A model generated the notes under the pieces. That model was given only the letters and a program-made list of their open reading frames with translations. It was not told the DNA's origin and made no database searches. This document shows positions 20,397 to 31,328 of a stretch of 64,000 nucleotides of DNA, piece after piece (within the stretch, counting starts at the first letter, position 1; each line of letters begins with the position of its first letter). The stretch spans positions 372,083 through 436,082 of the forward strand of contig OY969565.1 in assembly GCA_963701105.1 (NCBI GenBank). The letters are read 5' to 3'. Origin of the DNA: an uncultured Actinomycetota bacterium. Lineage in GTDB: Bacteria; Actinomycetota; Thermoleophilia; RBG-16-64-13. A program made the position numbers and the translations under genes.

Positions 20397-21188
20397 CTAC
20401 GCCTGCACAGGCGCCGGGGCCTGGAGGAGTGCGAACGTGGCGTCGGCGGGATCGGCCAGGACGGCGAAGCTCATCGCGCCTCCGATCTCCGTCGGTTCCA
20501 CCTGCACGGTCGCGCCGAGTTCCTTGGCTTTGGCGACGCTGCCGGCGATGTCGGCGGTGCCGAAGTAGGGCATCCAGAAGGCCGGCACTTCGCCCGGGAC
20601 CGTCTCCGGCATGGGCATGATGCCGCCTTCGGCGGAACCGTCGATGCTCACGGTCCAATAGGGCATGGGACCCGATTCCATCCTCTCGATGTCCCAGCCG
20701 ATCAGCTTGCTGTAGAAGTCCGCCGCCTTCTCCGGATCGCGCGTGCTCAGGTCGGTCCAGGAAAGGGTGCTGGGCTGGGAGTACGTCATCGTCTCGTCGG
20801 GCTTGCCCGGCTTCCAGAGGAAGATGTAGGCGCCCGTCGGGTCCTGGATGGCAGCCATGCGACCAGAGCCGGGCACGTCCATCGGTGGCATGACCACGGT
20901 CGCCCCGAGTTCAGTGGCCTTGGCTGCGGTGGCATCGACGTCGTCGGTGGCTAGATAGTTGTTCCAAGCGCTCGGCTGGCCCCCCGCGATCATGTCGGGC
21001 GAGAGTTGCGACATGCCGGCCACGGTACGCCCATCGATCAGGAACTCGCGGTAGATCATACCTTCGCCGAAGGGCACATCCCTGTGGCTCCATCCGAATA
21101 GGGTCTCGTAGAATGCGGTCTGCCCTTCGAAATCCCTCGCCGAGAGGTCTACCCAGTTGAACTCGCCATTCTTCGTCCGTTCCATCAC
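20397..21188 (-). CDS. VOC-family protein (tandem glyoxalase/bleomycin-resistance/dioxygenase domains)
   Basis: Two repeats of the type FYETLFGW / FYSKLIGW with downstream G.....W and P......F.DP.G patterns. Confidence 0.8.
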   Translation of the reverse strand: MMERTKNGEFNWVDLSARDFEGQTAFYETLFGWSHRDVPFGEGMIYREFLIDGRTVAGMSQLSPDMIAGGQPSAWNNYLATDDVDATAAKATELGATVVMPPMDVPGSGRMAAIQDPTGAYIFLWKPGKPDETMTYSQPSTLSWTDLSTRDPEKAADFYSKLIGWDIERMESGPMPYWTVSIDGSAEGGIMPMPETVPGEVPAFWMPYFGTADIAGSVAKAKELGATVQVEPTEIGGAMSFAVLADPADATFALLQAPAPVQA

Positions 21189-21203
21189 GCGCCTCCTGTG
21201 GAC

Positions 21204-21634
21204 TCAACCGCGCACCGACCGTGCGCACCTATCTCTACCCTGGGTGCGTGGGAAGTTATGCGGAGGAGGACGAAACTTGAGGGACTCATCGGTACGCAGG
21301 AACTGGTCCTCGTCGATGAAGCCCAGCCGGGATTGGCGCTCGAATTCCTTGATACCCCCGTTCTCGTAAGCCTGCTGTACGGAGGGGAGGGACGGATTGG
21401 GGGTGATGATGTAGCCGCGCTTCCGCAGCTCGATGGCTCGGTCGAGGTCGCGGATCTTGATCTCGCCGCCGATGCACTTGGCTCCCTGGCCCCACTTCAG
21501 CTCGACGGTCTCTACCCCCAGCATATCCACGACGTAGTCGGCGACGCCGAAGTTCGCGTCTTCACGTTCATCTGGACGATGACGTCGCCGCACCCCTCCT
21601 GCCATGCCTTGTAGAGCTTGATGCGGCGCTCCAT
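21204..21634 (-). pseudogene. frameshifted N-terminal remnant of a glutamate-synthase-domain (GltB central domain-like) protein
   Basis: Two overlapping frames each read as coherent protein: MERRIKLYKAWQEGCGDVIVQMNV in one, then EDANFGVADYVVDMLGVETVELKWGQGAKCIGGEIKI... in another. The (E/D)xK.GQGAK..GG motif is present. The frame decays and ends about 150 codons in. Confidence 0.4.
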
Positions 21635-21786
21635 CTCCGGAGACTTGGTGATTCAGAGGCAAAGAGGCAAACAGTCTCAGCCTCGATCGAGGACGCATGG
21701 CGCGTGCGACTATCCGCCACGACCGTCGATCTGCCGGGCGACCGTGGCCGTCTTCCGTCCTCGCCCAGTGGTAAAATTGACATCAG

Positions 21787-24636
21787 ATGCGCACCAACGA
21801 GATCGTCATCGTCGGCGCTCGGGAACACAACCTCAAGGATATCTCCCTCAGGCTCCCGCGCGACCGTTTCATAGTCATAACCGGCCTTTCGGGATCCGGC
21901 AAGTCGAGCCTTGCTTTCGACACCATCTACGCCGAGGGCCAGCGCCGGTACGTGGAGAGCCTGTCTTCGTACGCCCGTCAGTTCTTGGGGCAGATGGACA
22001 AGCCCGACGTCGACTCCATCGAGGGTCTGTCGCCGGCCATCTCCATCGACCAGAAGACCACGTCGCGCAATCCACGCTCCACCGTGGGGACGGTCACCGA
22101 GATCCACGACTACCTGCGCCTGCTCTACGCCCGCATCGGCCACCCGCACTGCTGGATCTGCGGGCGTCCCATCGAGGGGCAGAGCAAGGGCCAGATAATC
22201 GACCAGATCCTGGCCTTGGAGCCGGGCACCAAGTTCGTGGTGCGCGCGCCGCTGGTCCGCGGGCAGAAGGGCTGGCACAAGGAAGCTCTGGAGCACGTGC
22301 GGCGAGAAGGCTTTACCCGGGTGGAGATCGACGGCGTCCAGTACACGATGGACGGCCAATTGCCGGAGCTCGACAAGAACGTGCGCCACGACGTGAGCAT
22401 CGTGGTCGACCGTCTGGTGATGAAGGAAGGGGTGCGCCGCCGACTCTCAGATTCGGTGGAGACGGCTCTGGCCGAAGGACAAGGCCTCCTCGAGGTGGAC
22501 GTGGTCCAGGGCGAGGGGCGCACCACGCTGGTGTTCTCCGAGAACCTGGCCTGCCCGGAGCACGGGGTGTCCTTGCCCGAGATGGCTCCGCGCATCTTCT
22601 CGTTCAACTCGCCGCACGGGGCGTGTGAAGTATGCACCGGGCTGGGCTCGCGGCGGGAGATCGACCCCGATCTGATCGTGGGCAACCCTGACCGTTCCAT
22701 CGCCGAGGGCGTGCTGCTCCCCTGGAGCACCTCCTCGTCCCAGTACTACGAGCAGATCATCACGGCGTTGGCCGAGAAGTATGAGATCGACATCGACGCT
22801 CCTTGGCGCTCCTTGCCGGAGGAGGTGCGCAACGCCTTCCTGTTCGGCACGGGCAAGGAGCGCCTCTACGTGTCGTACTTCAATCGGCGGGGTCTCAAGC
22901 GAAGCTACATGACCACCTTCGAAGGCATCGTGCCGAACTTGGAGCGCCGCTACCGCGAGACCGACTCCGAGTACATGCGCGACAAGATCGAAGAGTACAT
23001 GTCCGAGGTGCCCTGTCCGGCCTGCAAGGGGGCCCGCCTGAAGCCGCAGAGCCTGGCGGTGACGGTGGGCGGGCTCAATCTCCACGAACTCAGCATCCTG
23101 GCGGTGACCGAGCTAGTGGGGTTCTTCCGCGAGTTGCAGCTGAGCGACCGCGAACGCCTCATCGGCGGGCGGGTGCTGAAAGAGATCCTCGAACGTCTCT
23201 CGTTCCTGGACTCGGTGGGCGTGGGCTATCTGGACCTCCACCGCACCGCAGGCACCCTCTCCGGGGGCGAAGCGCAGCGCATCCGCCTGGCCACGCAGAT
23301 CGGGTCGAGCCTGGTGGGAGTGCTCTACATCCTCGACGAGCCCTCCATCGGACTGCACCAGCGCGACAATCGCAAGCTCATCGAGACCCTGCTGCGTCTG
23401 CGCGATCTCGGCAACACCGTGATCGTAGTGGAGCACGACGAGGAGACCATGCTGGCCGCCGACTTCCTGGTGGACATGGGCCCGGGGGCGGGGGAGCACG
23501 GGGGCGAGGTGGTGGCGAGCGGCCCCGTAGAAGCAGTCTTGGCCGAACCACGGTCGATCACCGGCCAATTCCTCTCGGGCCGCGTGGCCATACCAGTGCC
23601 CACCACCCGGCGCGAGGGTCGCGGACACTTCTGGGTGAGGGGGGCCCGCCAGCACAACCTGCGCGGGATCGATGTCCGCGTGCCCACCGGCGTATTCGTG
23701 TGCGTCACGGGGGTGTCCGGTTCGGGGAAATCCACCCTGGTGAACGAGATCATCTACAAGAGCCTGTCGAACCTGGTGAACCGCATGACCGTCCGTCCTG
23801 GAGCGCACGATTCCGTGGAGGGCATCGAACAGCTGGATAAGGTCATCGATATCGACCAGTCGCCCATCGGTCGCACACCCCGGTCGAACCCGGCCACGTA
23901 CACCGGCGTTTTCGACCACATCCGAGAACTCTTCTCGCAGACGAAGGAGTCGAAGGTGCGCGGCTACCGGCCGGGCCGCTTCAGCTTCAACGTCAAGGGC
24001 GGCCGCTGTGAATCGTGTAAGGGCGACGGCACTCTGAAGATCGAGATGCACTTCTTGCCGGATATCTACGTGCCCTGCGACGTGTGCGGCGGTAAGCGCT
24101 ACGATCGCGAGACCCTCGAGGTGCGCTTCAAGGGCAAGAACATCGCTGAGGTGCTCGACATGAGCGTCGAGGAGGCCGTGGTGTTCTTCGAGAACCAGCC
24201 CAAGATCCGGCGCCGACTGCAGACCCTGCACGACGTGGGCCTGGACTACATCAAGTTGGGGCAGCCCTCCACCACCCTCTCCGGGGGAGAGGCGCAGCGG
24301 GTCAAGCTGGCCACCGAACTCTCGAAGGTGGCCACCGGCAACACCCTCTACATCTTGGACGAACCGACCACCGGTCTCCACTTCGCCGACGTCAGCAAGC
24401 TGCTCGAGGTCCTGCAGCGCCTGGTGGACTCGGGCAACACCGTGCTGGTGATCGAGCACAACCTGGACGTCATCAAGACGGCGGATTGGATCATCGACCT
24501 GGGACCGGAGGGCGGTTCCGCCGGAGGCGACCTCATCGCCGAGGGCACTCCGGAGATGGTGGCGGCCAACCCGCGCAGCTACACCGGGCTCTACCTGCGC
24601 CGATCACTCCCGGGTTTCGCCGACGCCGTCGCCTGA
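21787..24636 (+). CDS. uvrA: excinuclease ABC subunit A
   Basis: 949 aa with two ABC ATPase modules, zinc fingers and the N-terminal [53 protein letters not shown]. Confidence 0.97.
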   Translation: MRTNEIVIVGAREHNLKDISLRLPRDRFIVITGLSGSGKSSLAFDTIYAEGQRRYVESLSSYARQFLGQMDKPDVDSIEGLSPAISIDQKTTSRNPRSTVGTVTEIHDYLRLLYARIGHPHCWICGRPIEGQSKGQIIDQILALEPGTKFVVRAPLVRGQKGWHKEALEHVRREGFTRVEIDGVQYTMDGQLPELDKNVRHDVSIVVDRLVMKEGVRRRLSDSVETALAEGQGLLEVDVVQGEGRTTLVFSENLACPEHGVSLPEMAPRIFSFNSPHGACEVCTGLGSRREIDPDLIVGNPDRSIAEGVLLPWSTSSSQYYEQIITALAEKYEIDIDAPWRSLPEEVRNAFLFGTGKERLYVSYFNRRGLKRSYMTTFEGIVPNLERRYRETDSEYMRDKIEEYMSEVPCPACKGARLKPQSLAVTVGGLNLHELSILAVTELVGFFRELQLSDRERLIGGRVLKEILERLSFLDSVGVGYLDLHRTAGTLSGGEAQRIRLATQIGSSLVGVLYILDEPSIGLHQRDNRKLIETLLRLRDLGNTVIVVEHDEETMLAADFLVDMGPGAGEHGGEVVASGPVEAVLAEPRSITGQFLSGRVAIPVPTTRREGRGHFWVRGARQHNLRGIDVRVPTGVFVCVTGVSGSGKSTLVNEIIYKSLSNLVNRMTVRPGAHDSVEGIEQLDKVIDIDQSPIGRTPRSNPATYTGVFDHIRELFSQTKESKVRGYRPGRFSFNVKGGRCESCKGDGTLKIEMHFLPDIYVPCDVCGGKRYDRETLEVRFKGKNIAEVLDMSVEEAVVFFENQPKIRRRLQTLHDVGLDYIKLGQPSTTLSGGEAQRVKLATELSKVATGNTLYILDEPTTGLHFADVSKLLEVLQRLVDSGNTVLVIEHNLDVIKTADWIIDLGPEGGSAGGDLIAEGTPEMVAANPRSYTGLYLRRSLPGFADAVA

Positions 24637-24731
24637 GCGGCTGTGGGCGCCCGCGGCGGCAGAGCCGGCGGGGGCCGGAGCCACCGGGACAAGCCGGCGG
24701 GGCCGGAGTCAGCGGATATTGAGTGCGCCGA

Positions 24732-25331
24732 TCAACCCGCCCGCGGCTCGTTCCGAGACCGGAGCCGCATGGGGTCCCGCAGTTCGTGCCGGTGCCGCCA
24801 GGTGATGATGGCGGCGTTCACCGTCCAAACCGCCATCAGCGGAGCTTCGGGAGTTCGGACCACGAGGTAGGCGAGGAGTCCCACCATGCCCCAGATCATG
24901 GTCCAGCCGTCTGCCCGCTGCAGCCTCCAGAACGCGAGTGAGGTGAGGCCGAAGGCCAGTGATCCTCCCGGCCCGGTGAGACCGGTCCAGATGCCGAAGG
25001 TGGCGGCCACGCCCTTTCCCCCTCGGAAGCCCAGGAGGGGAGAGAAGGCGTGGCCGAGCAGGGGTGCCAGGCCCACGGGAACGAGGGCCCAACCGGTGAC
25101 GCCACCGTGGGTTTGGGCCAGAGCCACAGGGATCGCCGCCTTGCCGTAATCCAGCAGCGCGGCCGGGATACCGAGCCTCCAGCCGCCGCCCGCGCGCCAC
25201 ACGTTCCCGGACCCGGGGTTGCCATCGCCGAACCGTCTGATGTCCGCGGCCAGGAAGAGGCGCGCGATCCAGACGGAGAACATGAGAGAGCCAGATAGGA
25301 ATCCGACCGTGGTCCAGTAGAGAGTCACCAT
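24732..25331 (-). CDS. plsY: glycerol-3-phosphate acyltransferase PlsY
   Basis: GDGNPGSGNVWRAGG motif and the 5-TM PlsY pattern. Confidence 0.9.
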   Translation of the reverse strand: MVTLYWTTVGFLSGSLMFSVWIARLFLAADIRRFGDGNPGSGNVWRAGGGWRLGIPAALLDYGKAAIPVALAQTHGGVTGWALVPVGLAPLLGHAFSPLLGFRGGKGVAATFGIWTGLTGPGGSLAFGLTSLAFWRLQRADGWTMIWGMVGLLAYLVVRTPEAPLMAVWTVNAAIITWRHRHELRDPMRLRSRNEPRAG

Positions 25332-25507
25332 ATCGGGTCTCCCGGCCTCACCGCGTGCGACGCCCTTCGGTCCGCACCATGCACCCGGATTCTACCGTCG
25401 CGGGGATGGGACTAACCTCGGAGGGTCCCGGCTGCACCCGGGTTCGGTGGTAGAGTGGCTTGCGGCCTCGCGCCGTAGCCCGCAGTCTGACGGAGGAGAA
25501 TCAACGG

Positions 25508-26863
25508 ATGATGAATGCAGGCGGCCTGGATACCGCCCCTGAGAGGGAGCGCGCCTTCCTTATCGCGCTCGACACCGACGAGGACGTCGGCTGGACGGCC
25601 GAGGAGTCGTTGGCCGAACTGGCCGCCCTGGTGGAGACCGCCGGCGCTGAAGTGGTGGGCATGACCTCTCAACGCCGCGCCTCCATGCATCCGGTGTGGT
25701 ACCTGGGCTCGGGCAAAGCCAAGGAGCTGAAGGCAGCCAAGGCCGCCACAGACTTCAACATGCTCGTCGCCGACGACGAACTCTCTCCTAAACAGCAGCG
25801 CTCTTTTGAGAAGTTGCTCGACGTGAAGGTGATCGATCGCAGCGGGATCATCCTCGATATCTTCGCGCAGCGTGCGCGCACCCATGAGGGCCGGCTGCAG
25901 GTCGAGTTGGCCCAACTCCAGTACCAATTGCCGAGGCTCACGCGACTGTGGACCCACCTCTCGCGTATCGGCGGCGGCATCGGGACCAAAGGACCGGGGA
26001 CCAAAGGAAAAGGGGAGACCCAGCTCGAGACGGACCGCCGTGTCATCCGTCAACGCATCAAGAAGTTGAAGGAGCGCCTGGCGGAGGTGCGGGTGCGTCG
26101 TGACACAGCGTCCAGTTCTCGGGGCCGGCGCGTGCTGCCGGCCGTGGCCATAGTGGGATACACCAACGCCGGGAAGTCGACCCTTCTCAATTCCCTGGTG
26201 GGCAAGGAGGTGGTGGGCGTCGAGGACAAGCTCTTCGCCACGCTCGATCCCACTAGCCGTCGGGTTTCGCTGGGAGAGGGACAGTCGGTCATGGTCACCG
26301 ACACGGTGGGCTTCATCCACAAGCTGCCGCATCAGTTGGTGGACGCCTTCCGGGCCACGCTGGACGAGGTGGTGCGTGCCGACGTGCTCATCGAAGTCGT
26401 CGATGCCGCCGATCCGCACATGACCGAACACCGGCGGACGATACAGGTGGTGCTCGATGAATTGGGAGCGGGCCACAAGCCGCGGGTGGTCGCGTTCAAC
26501 AAGGTCGACCTGGTGGAAGAGGCGACCGGGCGCACCTTCTCGCCTCCCAAAGGGGAGAGGAACGCTGTGGGCGTCTCCGCCCTGGAGGGTCGGGGGTTGG
26601 ATCAGCTGCGCTCGGCGGTGGCGGGCGTGCTTGCCGACATGTGGAGTGAGGTGGATCTGGCCGTGCCGTACACCGCCGGGTCACTCCTGGCGCGCCTCCG
26701 CGAGCGGGGCGCCGTGGATTTCGAGTACAAAGACACCGAGGTGAGGGTGCACGGTCGCGTGGATCAGGCGTTGGCGGGGGAACTCGTGCAGGCCGCCCGC
26801 AACTGGAAGCGTGCGGTCAGGGAGGCGGAGGCGGAGCGGGCCGGGGGGGAGCCGCAGCTTTGA
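25508..26863 (+). CDS. hflX: GTPase HflX
   Basis: HflX N-domain (Gly-rich TKGPGTKGKGETQLETDRR) followed by a G-domain (GYTNAGKSTLLN, DTVGF, NKVD). Confidence 0.9.
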   Translation: MMNAGGLDTAPERERAFLIALDTDEDVGWTAEESLAELAALVETAGAEVVGMTSQRRASMHPVWYLGSGKAKELKAAKAATDFNMLVADDELSPKQQRSFEKLLDVKVIDRSGIILDIFAQRARTHEGRLQVELAQLQYQLPRLTRLWTHLSRIGGGIGTKGPGTKGKGETQLETDRRVIRQRIKKLKERLAEVRVRRDTASSSRGRRVLPAVAIVGYTNAGKSTLLNSLVGKEVVGVEDKLFATLDPTSRRVSLGEGQSVMVTDTVGFIHKLPHQLVDAFRATLDEVVRADVLIEVVDAADPHMTEHRRTIQVVLDELGAGHKPRVVAFNKVDLVEEATGRTFSPPKGERNAVGVSALEGRGLDQLRSAVAGVLADMWSEVDLAVPYTAGSLLARLRERGAVDFEYKDTEVRVHGRVDQALAGELVQAARNWKRAVREAEAERAGGEPQL

Positions 26864-26971
26864 CCGGTCATCGTCCGCGGAGTGCCGCCCGCGGGGCCGG
26901 GCGTTGACTCCCGGCGGCCGCAGACACTATCCTGCCCGCACCTGTTCCGCACATGGAGAAGGGGGAGCGTG

Positions 26972-28870
26972 ATGCCGAAGAGCTACGCCGAGGAGTTCCG
27001 GCGGTCCATCGAGGAGCCGGCGGCGTTTTGGGCGGAGGCGGCGGCCGCCGTTCAGTGGGACAAGCCCTGGGACACGGTGCTAGACGACAGCGCGGCTCCG
27101 CTGTACCGGTGGTTCGTGGGCGGTCGCCTGAACACCTGCTACAACGCCCTCGACTACCACGTGGAGTCGGGGCGGGGCGACCAGAAGGCCCTCATATACG
27201 ACAGCCCGGTGACGAACACGGTGCGCTCCTACACCTACCGCGAGCTGACGTCGGAGGTGGCCCGGTTCGCCGGGGCTCTGCAGACTCTGGGAGTGGTCAA
27301 GGGCGACACCGTGGTCATCTACATGCCCATGGTGCCGGAAGCCGTGATCGCCATGTTGGCCTGCGCCCGCATCGGCGCCGTCCACTCGGTGGTGTTCGGC
27401 GGTTTCGCCCCGGCGGAACTGGCGGTTCGCATCGACGACGCCAAACCAAGAGTGGTCGTATCGGCCTCGTGCGGCATCGAGGTGACGCGCGTGATCGAGT
27501 ACAAGCCGCTGCTCGACTCGGCGATCGAACTGGCCGAGAGCAAACCGGAGAGCTGCGTCATCCTGCAGCGGCCTATGGCCACGGCCTCCATGATCGAAGG
27601 ACGTGACCACGACTGGGCCGACGTGATGGCTGAAGCCTCGGCGGTGCCCTGCGTGTCGGTGGAGGCCACGGACCCTCTCTACATCCTCTACACCTCGGGC
27701 ACAACCGGCAAGCCGAAGGGCGTGGTGCGCGACAACGGTGGGCACGCGGTGGCGTTGCGGTGGTCCATGGAGAACATCTACGACGTGCAGCCCGGCGACG
27801 TCTACTGGGCGGCCTCGGACGTGGGTTGGGTCGTGGGCCACAGCTACATCGTGTACGCGCCGCTCTTCACCGGCTGCACCACCATCCTCTACGAGGGCAA
27901 GCCGGTGGGCACCCCCGATGCGGGGGCGCTCTGGCGGGTGATCCGCGATCACGGCGTCAAGGTGCTGTTCACGGCTCCCACCGCGTTCCGGGCGATAAAG
28001 AAGGAAGACCCGAACGGGGAGTTCCTCAAGAAGTACGACATCTCGCACTTCAAGTACCTCTTCCTGGCCGGCGAGCGCCTGGACCCCGACACCTACTTCT
28101 GGGCCTCCAAGATGCTCGGAGTGCCGGTCATCGACCACTGGTGGCAGACGGAGTCGGGCTGGCCCATCGCTGCGAACTGCCTGGGCATAGAAGCCTTCCC
28201 CATCAAAGCCGGCTCGCCCACCAAAGCCGTTCCCGGCTACGACGTGCGCATCCTCGACCCCGATGCGCACGAAGTGGCCACCGGCTCGGAAGGCATCGTC
28301 ACCATCAAGTTACCGCTCCCTCCGGGTTGCCTGCCCACGCTCTGGCAGGACGACGAGCGCTACATCGAGTCGTACGTGAGCGCCTTTCCCGGCTACTACT
28401 TCACCGGCGATGGCGGCTACGTCGACGAAGACGGCTATCTGTACATCATGGGCCGCGTCGACGACGTCATCAACGTTGCCGGACACCGGCTCTCCACCGG
28501 TCGGATGGAAGAAGTCATCGCGCAGCATCCAGATGTGGCCGAGTGCGCTGTGCTGGGGGTTGCCGACGAGATGAAGGGACAAGTGCCCATAGGCCTCTGC
28601 GTGCTCAAAGCTGGGGTCGATCGCTCGGATGCCGACATCGCCGCCGACGTGGTCCAGATGGTACGTGACCAGGTGGGAGCAGTCGCGTCGTTCCGGGTCG
28701 CGACCGTCGTGCACCGGCTGCCCAAGACGCGATCGGGCAAGATCCTCCGTGGCACTATGCGCAAGATCGCCGACAGCCAGCCGTTCACCACGCCCTCCAC
28801 GATCGACGACCCGGCGATCCTGGGAGAGATCGCCGAGAGTCTGCGTTCGGTCGGCTACGCCAAGGAGTAG
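26972..28870 (+). CDS. AMP-forming acyl-CoA synthetase (propionate/acetate-CoA ligase family)
   Basis: 632 aa with the N-terminal FWAEAA...W motif of Acs/PrpE, the AMP-binding motif YTSGTTGKPKGV, and the ...TGD...G..DDVINV.GHRL core. Confidence 0.85.
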   Translation: MPKSYAEEFRRSIEEPAAFWAEAAAAVQWDKPWDTVLDDSAAPLYRWFVGGRLNTCYNALDYHVESGRGDQKALIYDSPVTNTVRSYTYRELTSEVARFAGALQTLGVVKGDTVVIYMPMVPEAVIAMLACARIGAVHSVVFGGFAPAELAVRIDDAKPRVVVSASCGIEVTRVIEYKPLLDSAIELAESKPESCVILQRPMATASMIEGRDHDWADVMAEASAVPCVSVEATDPLYILYTSGTTGKPKGVVRDNGGHAVALRWSMENIYDVQPGDVYWAASDVGWVVGHSYIVYAPLFTGCTTILYEGKPVGTPDAGALWRVIRDHGVKVLFTAPTAFRAIKKEDPNGEFLKKYDISHFKYLFLAGERLDPDTYFWASKMLGVPVIDHWWQTESGWPIAANCLGIEAFPIKAGSPTKAVPGYDVRILDPDAHEVATGSEGIVTIKLPLPPGCLPTLWQDDERYIESYVSAFPGYYFTGDGGYVDEDGYLYIMGRVDDVINVAGHRLSTGRMEEVIAQHPDVAECAVLGVADEMKGQVPIGLCVLKAGVDRSDADIAADVVQMVRDQVGAVASFRVATVVHRLPKTRSGKILRGTMRKIADSQPFTTPSTIDDPAILGEIAESLRSVGYAKE

Positions 28871-28873
28871 CAG

Positions 28874-30199
28874 GTGAGAGAGCCAGACGTGCCGCACGGA
28901 CCCGTCGCCGTGATCGGGGGGGGCCTCACCGGCGCCGGCTGGGCGGCTCTTTTCGCCTCCCACGGGCTGGAGGTGCGGCTGTTCGATATCGACCCCTTAC
29001 GCGCCCGTTCGGCCCGCGTCGAGGCTCTGAACATGGGCAGTTTCCTCGTGGACTGGGGCCTCGCCGACCCCGAGGAGTTCGGGCGCGGGTCGTCCCTGCT
29101 GCGGGTAACGGACACTCTGGAGGAGGCGCTCAGCGAGGTGGTCCTGGTCCAAGAGTGCGTGCCCGAAGACCTGGAGCTGAAACGGACGCTCTTCGCAGAG
29201 GCCGACGACGCGGCGCCGCCGGACGCGATCCTTGCCACCAGCTCCAGCGGCCTCTCGGTGACCGAGATCCAGGCAGGGTTGGCCGGCGCCGGTCGCTGTA
29301 TCGCGGCCCACCCGTACAACCCGCCGCATCTGGTGCCGTTGGTGGAACTCGCACCCGGGGCCGAGACCGACCCGGCCGTCATGGAACAGGCTCGGCGATT
29401 CTACCTCTCTGTGGGGAAGGACCCGGTGGTACTGAATCGCGAGGTGCGGGGCTACCTGGCCAATCGCATGTCTGCCGCGCTCTGGCGGGAGGCGATCGAA
29501 CTCGTCCGTTCCGGGGTGGCGTCGGTGGCCGACGTGGACCGTGCCATCTCCAGCGGACCCGGGCTGCGTTGGGCGGCCATGGGGCCGCACCTCGTCTACC
29601 ATCTGGGTGGCGGGGAGGGTGGTATCCGCGGTCACATGGAACACCTCGGTCAGGTCAAAGAGGAGATGCTGAAGGACATCGCCTCATGGACCGCCTTCCC
29701 GGCGGATACGATGCAGGTGCTCGAAGAGGGCCTGCGTGAAGTGTTGGCGGGAACCGAGCCGGGAGTACTCGAGCGCGAACGTGACGAAGCCCTGGCCGGA
29801 TTCATAGCGGCCCGTGCCCGGGCAGGTCGCGTGCCCTCAGAGCCCGTCATCGCCGCTGGGACCTCGGCTGAGGCGATCGAGATAGCTCCCGGAGCGACGC
29901 GCGCCACTCTGGCCTGTGGGGAGCGCACGACCATGGTGAGGTTCGACCTGGACGCGGGCGCCGACATCCCTCCGCATAGTCATGTCCACGAGCAGACCGG
30001 TTACCTGGTCTCGGGTGACCTACTCCTTGTCGCCGGCGGGCTCGAATGGCCCGTGTCGGCCGGCGACACCTGGTCCATCCCCGGAGGAGTGGTCCACGGT
30101 GGGCACACCCAGGGGGGCGCCGTGGCTGTCGAGGTGTTCGCTCCTGTGCGCGCCGACTACCTTCCCGGGCCGCCTCCCTGTCCGCCGAGCTCGGGCTGA
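28874..30199 (+). CDS. 3-hydroxyacyl-CoA dehydrogenase-family (L-carnitine dehydrogenase-like) protein fused to C-terminal cupin domain
   Basis: N-terminal Rossmann VAVIGGGLTGAGWAALFASHGLEV and an HCDH C-domain. The last roughly 110 aa (RFDLDAGADIPPHSHVHEQTGYLVSGDLLLV...GGVVHGGHT) are a cupin_2 barrel. GTG start 5 nt after AAGGAG. Confidence 0.75.
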   Translation: MREPDVPHGPVAVIGGGLTGAGWAALFASHGLEVRLFDIDPLRARSARVEALNMGSFLVDWGLADPEEFGRGSSLLRVTDTLEEALSEVVLVQECVPEDLELKRTLFAEADDAAPPDAILATSSSGLSVTEIQAGLAGAGRCIAAHPYNPPHLVPLVELAPGAETDPAVMEQARRFYLSVGKDPVVLNREVRGYLANRMSAALWREAIELVRSGVASVADVDRAISSGPGLRWAAMGPHLVYHLGGGEGGIRGHMEHLGQVKEEMLKDIASWTAFPADTMQVLEEGLREVLAGTEPGVLERERDEALAGFIAARARAGRVPSEPVIAAGTSAEAIEIAPGATRATLACGERTTMVRFDLDAGADIPPHSHVHEQTGYLVSGDLLLVAGGLEWPVSAGDTWSIPGGVVHGGHTQGGAVAVEVFAPVRADYLPGPPPCPPSSG

Positions 30200-30272
30200 G
30201 CTGCGGGGGGTAGGCGGCGACGGGGTCGGGGCACTCCTATGGGCACCCCTTTGGGCACGCTGCGGGCGTCCG

Positions 30273-31328
30273 TTACAGGTGCTTATGCGCAGACAGCACC
30301 GCTTGGACCAGGAGGTCGGCGCCCTGGTCGATATCTTTGAGCGACAGGACCTCGATGGGTGAGTGGATGTAACGCGTGGCCACGCTCACCACTCCTGAGG
30401 GCACGCCCTTCTTGCTCAAGTGGATGGCGGTGGCGTCAGTGGTGCCGCCGCTGCCCACGTCGAGCTGATACGGCACCTTGGCGGCGTCGGCGGAACTCCG
30501 CAGCCAGGTGAGGATCTTCTTGGGCACGATGACTCCGCGGCCGTCGGCGTCCACGACCGTGAGTATCGGTCCCTTACCGGTCTCAACGTGCCGCTGTTCC
30601 TTGGTCACGCCCGGGTGATCGCCGGGGATACCTACCTCGGAGATGATGGCGGCGTCGGGGTCGAGGCTGAAGGCGCTGGTGCGGGCGCCCTTGAGGCCCA
30701 CTTCTTCCTGGACCGTGCCCACCGCGTGCACGGTGGCCTTGATCTTCTTGCCCTTCAGGCGCTGCATGGCCAGGATCATCATGACCACCCCTGCCCGGTC
30801 ATCGAAACTCTTCCCGGTCACAAGATCGTTGGCGAGCGGAGTCATGGTCCGGTCGAGCGTGACCGGCGACCCGATCTCTATCCCCAGCGCGGCTGCGTTC
30901 TCGGCATCGCTAGCTCCGATGTCGATGAACATGTCCTTCATCTTGACGACCTTCTTGCGATCTTCCTCGTCCATGATGTGGGGAGGCTTTGCTCCGATCA
31001 CACCTGTGACCGGGCCTTGAGCGCCGTGGACGAACACCCGCTGTCCAAGCGCCATCTGGTCGAACCACCCTCCCAAGGGCACGAAACGCAAGAAGCCCTT
31101 GTCATCGATGTACTTGACCATGAACCCGATCTCGTCGATGTGGGCGGCGATCATGACGGAGGGTCCGGCACCGGCCCTGGTGCCGACCACGTTGCCCATG
31201 CCGTCGGTGGTCACCTGGTCTACCAAGGGCTCGAGTTCGGCGGCGAGAAGGGAAGCGACCGCCCCTTCATGGCCGGACACTCCGTGCGCGTCGGCGAAGA
31301 GGGCGAGGAGGCGCAGGATCTCTTTCAT
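30273..31328 (-). CDS. M42-family glutamyl aminopeptidase (FrvX/TET-like)
   Basis: HGVSGHEG, DEIGFMV and DDRAGV metal-ligand motifs of the M42 family. Confidence 0.85.
   Translation of the reverse strand: MKEILRLLALFADAHGVSGHEGAVASLLAAELEPLVDQVTTDGMGNVVGTRAGAGPSVMIAAHIDEIGFMVKYIDDKGFLRFVPLGGWFDQMALGQRVFVHGAQGPVTGVIGAKPPHIMDEEDRKKVVKMKDMFIDIGASDAENAAALGIEIGSPVTLDRTMTPLANDLVTGKSFDDRAGVVMMILAMQRLKGKKIKATVHAVGTVQEEVGLKGARTSAFSLDPDAAIISEVGIPGDHPGVTKEQRHVETGKGPILTVVDADGRGVIVPKKILTWLRSSADAAKVPYQLDVGSGGTTDATAIHLSKKGVPSGVVSVATRYIHSPIEVLSLKDIDQGADLLVQAVLSAHKHL

Noticed and set aside
19849-20658. Full 269-aa ORF as the ACT-domain protein
   Set aside because: The first roughly 135 codons are Arg-rich frame noise lying in the ACT/VOC intergenic spacer. 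The protein-like sequence begins at the internal ATG (MAKAELRN...) with a GGAG RBS.
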